A stretch of 59,923 bases of DNA, filler included, from Sphacelaria rigidula (Eukaryota), in assembly GCA_964200075.2 (NCBI GenBank). It is 5 parts of 5 records of this genome, joined end to end, with 100 filler letters (N's around TTAATTAATTAA, not from the genome) between each part and the next. Parts side by side here need not be neighbours in the genome. Positions count along the whole stretch, not along the records: positions 12,008 to 23,914 come from CAXNAA020004351.1; positions 24,015 to 35,917 come from CAXNAA020004352.1; 3 more parts are not named here. One strand, 5' to 3'. The stretch's first letter is position 1; the number at the start of each line of letters is the position of its first letter. A program made the position numbers and the translations under genes. Positions 12,666 to 24,312 of the stretch are shown here, in pieces. The notes under the pieces are model-generated. The model worked only from the letters and a program-made list of their open reading frames with translations, made no database searches and was not told the origin of the DNA.

Positions 12666-13171
12666 AAAAGTAAAGGAATGTGCATGTGGCATGTACCTGG
12701 GCGTATGGAAATGAAAAATCGAGATTGAATCATGACTTTTCGGGGAATTACGGATAGCTCTAGAAGGGTTGTCTCCTTGTTTGGGAAGTACCATGACCCG
12801 AATTATGCTGTACCCGATATCATGTTTGCACCAAGGATCCACGGAAGGGACAAAATTTGGGGTGTGCTTCCAATTGTCACGGATTTCTGTGGTATGAGCG
12901 TATCCCCCGGTGTTCAGTGTTCTTCGGCAGTGTACTTGGGCAGTTCTTTGACAGTTGTTCATTTATTTGCGGTTTCGTGACTGCGCCGAGTACTCAATAA
13001 ACAGAATATCATACACGGTTTTTGGTCTACATGAGCCCCGCGCGGCCACCTGCACCTCCCAACGATGCACCCGAATCACGATGCACCCGATGATCATTAG
13101 CGCCGTGGTTGCTGTGACACCTTGACAACAATCACCATCGCGGTTCTGCTCACTTCAAATCGAAATCTCAC

Positions 13172-13312
13172 CATGCGACACTCGCCCATGTCATTCTTTG
13201 CGTTGCCTTCGCAGTCTTCACCATCGAGGATCTCGCTGACGCAGCTGATGTACGACCGTCCACCTTCGTACTCTTCGCGAACCGTCCCGGCGTGCGTGTC
13301 CCATGATGTCAC
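13172..13312 (-). CDS. MC5E: Mannuronan C-5 epimerase, coding exon 4 (gene continues beyond the contig end)
   Basis: cag|VTSWDTHAGTVREEYEGGRSYISCVSEILDGEDCEGNAKNDMGECRM|gtgaga; 141 bp, phase 0/0. VTSWD, GRSYISCVSE and GECRM are characteristic of brown algal MC5Es. Confidence 0.9.
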
Positions 13313-13677
13313 CTGTGATCGTGTTCGGTCAAGATCGACGATGTACACAAGTGGATGGAAAAGGAGTACTATGACCACGGCGGAGTATCCTAACGGCCAC
13401 AACTCAGCGCCAACACATATTTGTACTGAACGTGGAAACAGGGATACACAAGCATACTGAAAATTCTTCATACTCAACTCATGCAGTATTGCCAGCAAAC
13501 TTCCTCGGACGGTGTTGGTCGGCCGCTGCTACATATTTGTAGCTTTTATCGGATCGTGAGGGAGTTGTCGTCAACGCGTGTTGCTCTGCATCACCTGCGA
13601 GGGTGTTCACAAGCCGTGCCCCTGCATACTTTGGTACTCGTACAAGCGTATGCGTTTCACGAAAATAACAAGCTTAC

Positions 13678-13997
13678 CACCGTGTGGGCGAACGACAGGC
13701 TGCCCCCATATCCCCTCAGGTTGATGTAGTTGGCATCCGTCGATTCCAAACGCAGCACGTCCGCATCGCCATAGCTTTCACTGCCCCACACCATTAAAAT
13801 GATTCCGTCTAGTACATACAGATCTGTTGTTAGCAGCCAACGCCCGGTCGCCTCCTGGCCAGGTTTGTTGAGCACGTTATCATCGTCGTCTAGGATGTAC
13901 AGATTCCCACCGCTAATGCCGTTAGCAGTGAGACCTGCTTCGTATATGTCGGAAAGGGTGACGCAGCCCCCACGAGCACCATCGGAGCGTTTCACCA
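13678..13997 (-). CDS. MC5E: Mannuronan C-5 epimerase, coding exon 3
   Basis: cag|..RGGCVTLSDIYE..TGRWLLTTDLYVLDGIILMVWG..GDADVLRLES..YINLRGYGGSLSFAHTV|gtaagc; 320 bp, phase 1/0. Typical start of the MC5E domain. Confidence 0.92.
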
Positions 13998-15056
13998 CTG
14001 TGGGGTTTACGGGCAACCAGGGAGGGAGGTCGAGGCGTAAACGGGCGAACGCAAGTTAGCGCGAAGCTACACATGAAAAACGGCGTGTTATTCGGACTCT
14101 TCGTTGTTCCGCAAGACGGGTTTGCTCGAACTGGATGGTCAGGACCACAATGTACAGTACAGTACGTGGCGAGAACAAATTATTGTGAAATAAAGAAAGA
14201 TACAAGTGCCCCCTCCCCTGATTTTCTGCTACAGCATCGCCACAATCGGCTGAACGTCTTGTTCGAAGTATCCGCATTCGAATATATTCGCTCGAAATGT
14301 CCAAACTGTTCTTGTTCAAAATGAATTCGTTCGAAATGTACGCGGTCAAAATGCTTTCGTTCTGACTGCTCCAGGTATAGCCAAGAAAGAAACGTCAGCT
14401 GTATCCATCATCGCAATACTTTGACCTTTTACCTGAATTTTGGTGAATAGACGAGTGAATCGCCATGCCCTTTTCACGGCAAAGTAGGGCACTTGGAAAT
14501 AGGTCGAGATCGAGGATCGGATAAAGGCGAACTTCATTGTGATAACCGTACAGTATATCAAAGCACCCACAGGCCTTGAAACGGAAGGCTAGAAGAGCGG
14601 AGGATTTAGTCGGAAGATTCCCCCGATGAGGTGTAGTAGTAAGTTATTGCCACATCAGAAGAATCGATCGAGCAGAAGCGGTCTCGAATTGACAGGTCGA
14701 CGTCGAGATAGTTGATGTTATCAACAGCGCGATCTTCCAACAAAAGTCCCTGGTGGTCGATCGAGGGGGACTTTCGACGTCAGTGACCCAGCGATCGCTA
14801 ACAGCATCATGATAGATCTGACAGGGAGATTCGCCTCTGGATGTTAAAATTCCTCGATTCGCCTCTGGATATTGAAATTCCACGGTGCTAACATGAACAA
14901 TCCAACCTGTAGGGTATCTGCCAACCATGCTTGCTTGCGAACTGAAACTACATTGCACACGCACGAGATACTTCCCGCTGGGAGCACTTAACGTGCTACA
15001 TACATCAGGCATAGGTAATGCAGTGGATCAGTTGGTGTTGACTGAAATGAACTCAC

Positions 15057-15157
15057 CCACGCGGTAGCCATGGATGTCAATGTCTATCGTCCCTCCCGAC
15101 GTGCACTCCATCGGCGTGGGAATTGCCTTAGACTCTAACGCGTTAAGGACAGCCACC
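15057..15157 (-). CDS. MC5E: Mannuronan C-5 epimerase, coding exon 2
   Basis: tag|g VAVLNALESKAIPTPMECTSGGTIDIDIHGYRV g|gtgagt; 101 bp. Phase 2/1 exactly bridges exons 1 and 3. Confidence 0.75.
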
Positions 15158-16131
15158 CTACACCGAAGATTGACAAGAGCAAACAGAGAGATACAGCCGT
15201 TAGTACATACATGCGGTCGAAAGTGAGGGAATGAAGAGTTCACGACTTTTACAAACAGCTAATTGCCCCTCTGCTTCCTATGCTTGTACGCGCATATGTT
15301 TGCACGCACTGGCAGAGAATGGTGGGTGCGCGTGTGTCGCTTACGTGACAACTTGAACGCTAGATCGAAAAAAATGATTCTTCACCCTATTTGCTTCTTT
15401 TCGATATTCCAGAAGTTCCAACCTCATGTTCCAAGTGCATGGGTATGGAAGCAGTGCTCAAGCCTTGAATCCTCCTTCACCCGTGAATTGCAAGGGAAAA
15501 TGCACGACAACATTGAAGGTAAGCATGCGACTTCATGCTGAAGACTGATACTATAGCTTTACGTTACGGGTAAGCTAATATTAGATGGTCGCAAGGAGGT
15601 AGCTGAACAATATTCACGACGTGGCACATCAGACGCAACAAGGCTATTCCTAGATTTTGCGTACTAGTCGCGGTATAGTGGCCGTTAATGTTTTCCTCTG
15701 CGGCGAGGTGGCAGCTTCATGATGACAAGCTAGATGCATTTCACCAACAGCAAAAACACCAACACACTGACGACGAGATCCACGTACATGCTATCTAGAA
15801 CATGCGCACACGAGTGCTCAGGATTGCATGCCAACACCAAGAACCTCGGCGCTTCCGTGTACCCTGCTACAAGGTTCGTGCTTAATCTACCTACAAGTTT
15901 CGATCATTTTGTCGGGAATTTCTGGCCTCAGGAAATGCGAAGATCCCGCGTATCTTGCTCTCGAATACTAATTCCAATAAATTTTACCAGACACAACATA
16001 GCTGCCGATATCATTGCAACAGAAATGGCATGAATAAACAATCTCGTCGAGAATGTCTTGAGATCTCGACCGATTGTATCATGTGGTGTGACTTTTGTTC
16101 GTTGCTCGGGGCGTTCAATGCTGGCTCTTAC

Positions 16132-16256
16132 CCGTCAGCAGGAGGCGTGTCTTGACCATGAAGCACCCTTCCCACACGGAGTGCAGAAGCTGGTGCCGGA
16201 TCCAGCAGGGTCGCCACTACTCCTGTGGCAATAACACAGCCCACTCCAGTCCTCAT
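16132..16256 (-). CDS. MC5E: Mannuronan C-5 epimerase, coding exon 1 with signal-peptide-like N-terminus
   Basis: accATG MRTGVGCVIATGVVATLLDPAPASA-LRVGRVLHGQDTPPAD gg|gtaaga; hydrophobic stretch ending in A-S-A; phase 2 matches exon 2. Too short for the ORF track. Confidence 0.75.
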
Positions 16257-17889
16257 GGTACGGTGGTGCCGGTGAGGTAGTTATAACCTGCGAAGGCTCA
16301 ACTGTCGAAGGTAATTTTGGCGGTGTAAGGCTTATTCCTGTCGTGTGCTGAAACGCAGAAGCAGGCAGCGACTATAATACTGCCGTTAGTTGTGTCGTCC
16401 TGTGTGGCGGTGTGTGGTGGGTGGGTGGGTAGATGGGTAGGCACTGTATATACTGGTATGCTGTTCTAGGTAATCCAACGAACTTGACCTGTGTGCTAAG
16501 GTGATTTGCGGCGGTCCACCGCCCGCAGAAGTCCCATTGGTGAGATTTTGTCACAACATCAATCGAGAATGAAGGCAGAATGAAAAATTCTCACCAGATC
16601 CTCATGTCGTGTGTGGCGACCAAAGTGCGGCGAAAAAATGGGACGCCATCGCACCCGACCACATGTTTTTCAAAGAGCAGATTTGTTCTTTTTGAGAAAT
16701 TGTGTCACTGGGATCCAGCGTGCTATTTTTCGGCGGGCGTACACTTGCCTGTACAGGCAAGCTTTGACAAAATGCTCTCACAGTTAATCAGGTTAGAATT
16801 GGAGGAAGACACAAACATACCTATGTAGACACAGGGTAGGGATCGCCACCCAAATTTACTTTTTTGGATTCAAACAACGCTAAGCCCAACCTCAACCCTA
16901 ACCCAAGGCATACCGAGAACAAGGCATACCGAGAACCCTCGGGCAAGGGGTGCTCTAGGGAAGTCTACATCGGCAGACCTCGAATTCGCCGATTTGGACA
17001 AAATCGTGGCCATACAAGTAGGTCCGTATATATGTACTGCCAGTGCAGGCAAATATACAGGAAATTGTTATTTCTGACGGCCCAGCACCAGATCTTCTCC
17101 TACACTCGTCTGCACTTATGGGTAAGGCTCATTATTGTCGGCACTGTTTTTTCAGAGGTCTTCGAAATGTTCAGAGCTTTCGCATTCTGCGTTCAGACTT
17201 TTCCGAGTATGAAGCGACTTGATTTTTTCCCCGAAGCTTTATTTTTGGAGAAGGCCGAGAAATCCGGATTGCAATGAAGCACCTCGGGGAGCTGCCCTGT
17301 AAAAAACCCGTGGCGCTCGCATTCATTCGAGAATCATGGCGTACATGCGGGTCCCGACAGTAATGCCGGAGATCTCCGAAAAAATAGTGTCGATAATTAT
17401 GGGCCTAAACGCACGAGTTATGATGATATATCTGCAGAATGGACTACAGTACTTCTACGGTCCAGTGTACTGTTGACTATTTTAAACCTAGGAAAAGATA
17501 CAGAATAGGCGCGCAGTTACCTGTGAAATCACACTGTAGGGGGCGTTTTACGTCCCTCGTCGATGGTCCGTTTGCGGACTGTATGCAACGGCGACGGTGC
17601 CTTGCGTTCATCAAGAGTTTCGCCTCGAACGGCCCTCGAGGTTTTGGTCTTCTCTTGTTGCATCCGCAGCTAGCTGCAGCAGTTCATCCACATCTTTTTA
17701 TGCTCGCGGTTAGGGCTGTAGTAGTATAGACTGTGCTGTGTGTAGCATGAGGCTGACGCATGGACCGGCATTGTCGAAGAGCCTCGGCTTTCATGTCGCT
17801 GCTATTCATGTAATAGCGCGGGCATCTTTTTTTGCTTACTATTTGTTGCACACCTGCCCACACCCCAATTATGTACAGACCTATGCAGA

Positions 17890-18440
17890 ACGGGACACAG
17901 CGGCAGTACGATAGCTCAGGTGATCCCTAGCGCATATCAAAGCGTGACCGTAAGGTTCAAACACGCCATAGCATGGAAATGATGTGTGTGGGCACGAAGA
18001 GCGTTGTTGTTAGTTTTACAGACAGCATTACGCATCCAATAGACCATGATGACGTTTTCGGCAGAGTCTAGACTTGTGTACCGACCGGGACACAACAACG
18101 ACAGTACATCAGTTAATGCAATCCCTATCGCATATCAAACCGTCTTTGAAGGATTCACACGCACACGCTAGCGTGTCAGCTCCTGTACAGCACAGGAATG
18201 ACGAGTCTGCGCCGGAAGCACTTTTTCCTTTCTCGTTGCGAAAGACATGACATCCACCAAAACATGAGCCAATCTCGAAATGTGTAAGACAGCACTGCGT
18301 TCCTACTTCGTTTGTTTCATACAGAGCGGAACACAACGACAGTACAGCAGCTCAGGCAATTCCAGCAGAGATCAAACAGTTTTCGCAAGGTCTGGATACC
18401 ACAGCAATACAGTGATAGCTGCACCACGTGGAAGAGATGG
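17890..18440. repeat. Three degenerate tandem copies of a dispersed repeat (another copy at about 53850-53960)
   Basis: Variants of acaacgacagtacagcagctcaggcaat.cc.agc..a.atcaaa at about 17894, 18093, 18331 and 53851. Confidence 0.65.
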
Positions 18441-19249
18441 CGTTACGCGGTTGGGTGAGGGAAAATCTTTAGTACATAAGTATCACAATGGAAACAAACG
18501 CCTCCGCGAGAACGGTGGATGATGACAAATGTCCTAATTCCGCATGGAGGTTCCACACGCATTGTAGATGCAGCAGCGGACCACACAGCATCTGCCCAGG
18601 TGGAAGGAGCGGACGCAAGGACTCTCGGGCGTGCTAACATGTAGACATGTTGTCACTCTTACTAATTGAAACGGTAACAGTACCTTCTGCAATGAGTAAT
18701 TTCAGAATCCGTGCGGCCTCGGGCGGACACCCCCCCCGCCCCCCGTGAAACCTGGCCTCCGGTGTCAGGCGAGAGCATCGCGCTCGCTTGACGCTACCGG
18801 CAGGGACACGGAGGAATTTCTCACGATGTAAACAGAACAAGCTTCCCACAGCAACAGGATATGCCGAAATCCATCCATGCCGCGGATGAAACGAGTTCGG
18901 TGAAGGTTGAAAAGCTTAAATCTTCCTCCACACCAGTATATATCGATGCTCTGGACTACCGAATATAGTACAGTTCAGCTCAGTACAGCACACCACATGC
19001 GACTCGTGTACAGAGTCGAGCTAGGGGACATTGTAGGAGGTTTGATCGGTGAGGGACATTTTTGTTATTATTTCCCAAGAGCGACACTACCTGGGTGGGG
19101 GACACTCCCACCTTGGTGCCTATCCATACATTCGCCGGACATGTCTATCCTCGGGTAGGCATGTCTGACGGTTGGAGCGACTCGAAGCGCTGCACGAAAC
19201 TAGAAATAGCGAAGTGCATGGTTTAAGGTTCCTTCCTGTCCTCTGGGGA

Positions 19250-19252
<3 letters not shown>

Positions 19253-19283
<31 letters not shown>
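19253..19283. repeat. (AC)15 microsatellite
   Basis: Read directly from the sequence. Confidence 0.95.
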
Positions 19284-19284
<1 letters not shown>

Positions 19285-19444
19285 CATGGTAAGGTACACC
19301 ACGGTACAGTAAACACGCAATGCAATAACGTGTAGTGCAGTACAGAGCATTGCACTGTCTGCGAAGTATAATGCTTAGTGTCGAAGTGCCTCCGCCTCAG
19401 GAAGGATACGCCACGTACCGTAGGAGTGCACATATAATACCGTA

Positions 19445-20473
19445 CTTCCTCTGTCCCATGAGTCTGGTCGGATATGTTTGTACGAGCCCTTACCCGTGTC
19501 CGATCTGATTTTTTATGTTTTTTTTACTTCTCGGCTGTTTTTTTAGTTGAGTTTTTTTTTTTTGCGGCTCGCTGTTGAACGATGTGGCCGAACGGCCGCG
19601 AAAAAATCAATCGACTCCAAAATGGCCGCATTTTGCTCCTTTCTCAAGGGCAAAAAAAATGTCGGAGAGGGATAACTGGTCGGTCGAGGAAATTCTCGTC
19701 CACCTGATCGCAGATGAAGTCGATTCGGCGAAGCTACTGAGCAGGGGAGAGGGAAGGTTTGATGCGGCGAGTCACCTCTGCCGCCCCTTATTTTTTTAAA
19801 ATATCGCTGCTCGGTATCCGTACCGTCATTCAGCCCGATGTCCTTCAGCTGATCGGACACCTGCCGTAGCGTAAATGACCGATTCTGCTTGTTCACGTTA
19901 TTCAGCGCTGCAACCTTTGTTGCCGTGAGGATTGACGGGCGTCCAGTCCTTGTGTTATTCGAAAGATCGACCTCCTGGGTAGCGTCGATCTGGGCTTTGG
20001 CGTTTTCCCACAATTTCGTCGGGTACGCGGGACGAACGCCGTAGCGTTCGCAAATTGGCCCTAGCGAGCCCTTAGGCACCCTCACCTTGCCCGGTGGAAT
20101 AGCGAGCGCAACCTCAATCGCAATCGCGTAGCGGAGACCCAATTGTAGATCGCTACCCGTTCGGCGAGGGGAGGAGGGGGGATACTCGAGGGCAAGTCCA
20201 TCGCATTGTGATGTCTGTGGATTAGGTATGGGATCTCCAAACAAAAACTCAAAAGATTCTCAAGAAAAATCTCAGGGGAATTCTCAAAAAAAAAAGGCCA
20301 GAATGGGGTGTATTTTGACCTGATTTAAGTATTGAAAACGAGATATAATATATATATATATATATCAGCTTCGTATGCGCTCTATCTTTCTATATAACCC
20401 AACTAAAAGGTCATCGTCAACACTGTTGCACCCGAACCGCCCATAACCGACCAAACTTGTGGGACAGAGGAAG
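19445..20473 (-). mobile_element. Tc1/mariner (DD39D plant-type) element, internally deleted, 1029 bp
   Basis: TA|cttcctctgtcccatgagtctggtcgg ... ccgaccaaacttgtgggacagaggaag|TA. The TIR resembles Stowaway/MLE CTCCCTCCGTCCCA. Carries a transposase N-terminus. Confidence 0.88.
19690..20170 (-). pseudogene. Mariner transposase N-terminal DNA-binding region (catalytic domain absent)
   Basis: ..ICERYGV..KLWENAK..TGRPSIL..RSFTLRQVSDQL, then after a frameshift IKPSLSPAQ*LRRIDFI (the KPxLT..K..R..F motif of DD39D mariners). No DDD core before the TIR. Confidence 0.75.
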
Positions 20474-21234
20474 TATGGCGATCGGATCAAGTCCTCCGAG
20501 ATTCAAGTTCTGCAACTCGTGGTAGTGGGTTATGTGTAATTATGTGCATTTTGTTCTTCATGTACCAAGATGCACATCGCAGCTAGTAATCTTATCGGCA
20601 GAAAGGGTGCAAATTGGGAACCTGTATTCGCTGGTGCTGGCACAGGGTAGATGGTTTATATCGTTTACTAAAGAGCACGCAAGAAATGCTGTCACTTGGG
20701 AGAGTATTGTTGAGGGGAAGAGGCTGAGTGCGTGGGGTTGGTTGCGCCACGCCGTCGCGACTTCTGCACTGTCTCACGTTGGCTCATATTTGAGTGTCAA
20801 AACTCGTACGTCACCCCGATCCCCTTGCTCTGCAGAGATCTTACGGACTGTATCTGAACACAGGAATACTTCCCCCCTGATCTGATATCTCAGCGCTAAA
20901 GGCTCTATCTTGATACATAAATGAGGAGGGAACTCGGTCTTCCGAGCAAAAACCCCTTCACACAAACTCGAATGTGCGTGCTCAAATCCAACAGCTCTTT
21001 CTGTAGACGCCCGGCCAGGTAGGTCAAGAGCATGATACGTCGTGAAACACCCTACGAAAACCATACCCCACAAAGTAGTGTGGGCGGCTTCACCCGACAG
21101 ACGTACGAATGCATGACGAGAACCATAGCCTGGGACGCCCAGAGCTAACAAATCGACAGTCACGCAATACAAAATAAAACGATGTGCCTACTCGTCATCC
21201 CTCATATTCATCAAGGCGCGCCGATGTTTCTCAA

Positions 21235-21352
21235 CCCTTTGGGAACCCATTGCTGATTTTTGTTTATGTAAATCGGCATCGTTTTGTCTTGAAAATGACT
21301 GAAAAAGATGCCGATCCACAAAAACATATATCAGCGCTGGGTTCTCGAAGGG
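21235..21352. mobile_element. piggyBac-type hairpin MITE (118 bp)
   Basis: TCAA|ccctttgggaaccca ... tgggttctcgaaggg|TTAA, with an internal inverted pair atcggcatc / gatgccgat. Confidence 0.75.
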
Positions 21353-21364
21353 TTAAAACAGCGT

Positions 21365-23760
21365 GACTAGGAGCGGTTTTGTCAGGATACCAGCGTACTG
21401 CCACTCTGAATCTACGTGCACTATCTTGATGGTCTCCGACTTCACAACGTCCCGAATGAAGGGCCACCTCACGTCCATGTGCTAGCTGCCGTCGCGGCCC
21501 CCCGTACCGTTCTTGGCCGCAGGAAAGACAAAACCGACCTCACGACCATACACTCCTTGGCCTTTTCGGCCATTGCTACCTACTCTTCCTCAGTGGTCGA
21601 CAAAATCACACAGGGTTGCGTGCGCTGATGCTTGATACTGCTAGTTCCCCGTACATTGCTGCTATCTCGGAAATCGATCGCCTATCCGTCCCCTTCTTGC
21701 CATACGCTGAATCGGTAGAATCGGTAGAGTAACGCAAGTACACTGTCTCCTGGACTGAAGGTCAAACCGTATTTTCTGGTCCTATTGAGGCACGCCAAGA
21801 CTGTTAGAGCTACTTCCCAGTGCCTCGCGCAAGCATCATGCGACTGGCGGGACAGAGCTCGAACTGCACTGGCTATGCCGGGCCTGGTTACACTTGGCAC
21901 AATATTAACCCTCCGCACTACGGTACGGGCGATTTGTCGCCGAGTCTTCCTACGCCACCGGCCCCAAGTCTGCAGAAGTTGAGACAGAGATATCTGAAAA
22001 ATTCACGACCTCGAAGCGTTTCAGCAGGGCGTCTATGAACATTGTTTTGATTCATAGATAATGTACATTTTTGTCCTCTACTGCACACACCGCAATTCAC
22101 TTTACTTCACCTAGGTCGTTGGTCGGGAATCTCTTGTTCAGGGCTTCATTTGCCATGCCCACCTTCTCTTTGTCGCCACCGATCAAAGTATCTTCTATAT
22201 GGACGACTAAAATAACATCAACACGTCCCCCTTCCTTCTTGAACACGCAGGAGTCAGCTTGACTTTGCACCGTTCCTGCATCTTTCACCAGGGTTTCACA
22301 CAGAAATAGGGATCACGGCCTCCCTGCTTGCCTCACTTCGTGAATAGATCTGCCAAGTCTTCCAGTGTTTCTGGCGAAGGTGTCACACTTTTCCGCGAGC
22401 TTCATGTACTCGTTTGTGTCTATTTGTGCTCTCACAAAGGCCTGTGCAACTTCGAAATGATACAGAGGCCACCCCTCCTGCACTGCGACGGCCATGACCA
22501 TTTTTGTTTTCATAGCCGGGTAGCTGCAAATGTCTCTAAATCGTATATAGCAAATCTCTGTCCAAAACCGCGTGCCGCAAGTCTCGCCTTCACTGTGGTA
22601 AATACCCCATCAGCGTCGGTTTTCCAACAAAACATCAGTTTTGACACTATTCCATTTACCCCATCTGGTATTGTACTAGTGGAGAAAGTTCCTGTCTTTT
22701 TTCCCGCTCAGCTCTGCACGCATAGCGCTGACCAATACTTCATTGAATTCTACTTCGCGACATCGTCGACGTTCATGGCGGGACTCGCGACCTCACTTAC
22801 ATGCGAACCGATGGGGAAACGCAAAAACAAGCTGGGTTATTTCAGCCAATCAAAAGTACTCGTCGGCCATTTCTTGTTCGATCATTGTGTCGGCACGACC
22901 TCCCACCTCCGGTCCGGCTGCTGCAGTAATCAGGTATATCGTGTCATATTTATCTTCCACTATTCCAGCCAGTACCATTTCCTCTTCCACTTTCGCCAGC
23001 AGGTATTGTTCCACCTCGTCCACCAGCCCCGCTGTTACATAGTGTTTTGTGATTTGCCGCCCGCGTGTCCGCAAGTGCCGCCGCCCTTATCGCACTGCGC
23101 CTGCAACCTTCGATTCCGGGAGGCAGGTACAATTCATCGTTTAGTGCAAGACAGTGTAGATCTGTTCTTGGGAGTTCAGGAGCTGTACCACCCCGCTCGC
23201 CATTTTGCTCGGGAGTGTCCACGGCTCCCGACGGCAGAGATGACTGTATGGTTGGTGGTGAGAATGCGGGTGCTTGCGGTGCCGGCGGAGCGGGTGAATA
23301 TTCTGTTGGTGTCATTGGCGCTGTAAGCGGCGGTGATGTAGGCGGCGCTGCTGATCTTGGTATGAGCCGTCGGAATCCTTCTTCCTGCAAGCATCTATGG
23401 CATGGTCTCAGGTCGCCCCGCAGCTCCACCCCGATCTGCTTCGCGGTCTTGCGCAGGATATCCTCATGCACGTGAGCATGGGAAAAGTGGAAATCATTGA
23501 TGTCAACGATCTGGGCGTTGGGGTAGCGCCCCCGGAGTAATCACAGCACATGCTGTTGCATGCTTGTCATGACACAGTACATCATTGCGGTAGTTGTATT
23601 ATTCAGGGAGTTTGTTCTGTCCGGGTTTTTTCAGGGCGTTGCCTGATTTCAACTTTATCCGAAAGCCCTCAAGGGATCCAATGTAGGTGAGTCCTACAGC
23701 TAAGATCTACGTCAATGACAAAAGATTGTGACGAGCGCCTGGTGCATGGTGTACATTTTT
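21365..23760 (-). mobile_element. pol: Ty1/Copia retrotransposon fragment, decayed pol (GAG-pre-integrase, RT, RNase H; integrase core deleted)
   Basis: DINDFHFSHAHVHEDILRKTAKQIGV..PCHRC; WPLYHFEVAQAFVRA; ADSCVF..ILVVHIEDTL; TRPGIASAVRALSR..HW; LSTTEEE; HVDVRWPFIRD..ILTKPL. Many stops and frameshifts. Confidence 0.9.
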
Positions 23761-23779
23761 TTTAGGGTCTTGCTATTTA

Positions 23780-23873
23780 CGTCAATGTTGACGCACTGTG
23801 TTACATCCGCCAACATTGACGTACTGTGTTACATCCGCCAACATTGACGTAATCTGTTACATCCGTCAACGTT
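23780..23873. repeat. 28-bp minisatellite, about 3.4 copies
   Basis: Unit cg(t/c)caa(t/c)(g/a)ttgacg.actgtgttacatc at 23780, 23808 and 23836, partial at 23864. Confidence 0.9.
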
Positions 23874-23914
23874 CAGCATCCGTCCCACAAGCCATGCATG
23901 GACACAGCAACACA

Positions 23915-24014
23915 NNNNNNNNNNNNNNNNNNNNNNNNNNNNNNNNNNNNNNNNNNNNTTAATTAATTAANNNNNNNNNNNNNNNNNNNNNNNNNNNNNN
24001 NNNNNNNNNNNNNN
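23915..24014. other. Artificial contig linker
   Basis: N44-TTAATTAATTAA-N44. Confidence 0.98.
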
Positions 24015-24312
24015 GTCTTCAGGCCTAATTGGATATAAGGAAGAGCTTTGCTCATCAGCTACCCACCGATCTCCTGTCTTCAGTGTCGCGAGTCCACAGC
24101 CTTATTGACGTGAGTCTTAGCTGTGCTGTACTATCACCCTCCTTCACCATTGTTACTTGTTTGCTGGCTGTGGGGCTGTTCCAACTTAGACAGCTGGGCT
24201 ATTGTATTGAGAGAGTGAAACATACGGTTTGAGTTACGAGCCGAAAACAGGTTCAGTAAGCCATATACTCTCCCATCTTGAGTCGTGGCCTGCTTTGCTA
24301 GCGATTACGTCG

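Noticed and set aside
12008..13171. Further MC5E exons (catalytic DPHD region)
   Set aside because: I found no matching peptide on the minus strand before the linker, and the contig beyond the linker is unrelated.
22328..23326. 332-aa plus-strand ORF
   Set aside because: Antisense shadow of Copia pol; no protein motifs of its own.
23780..23873. 28-bp repeats as a CRISPR array
   Set aside because: Head-to-tail tandem units with no spacers.
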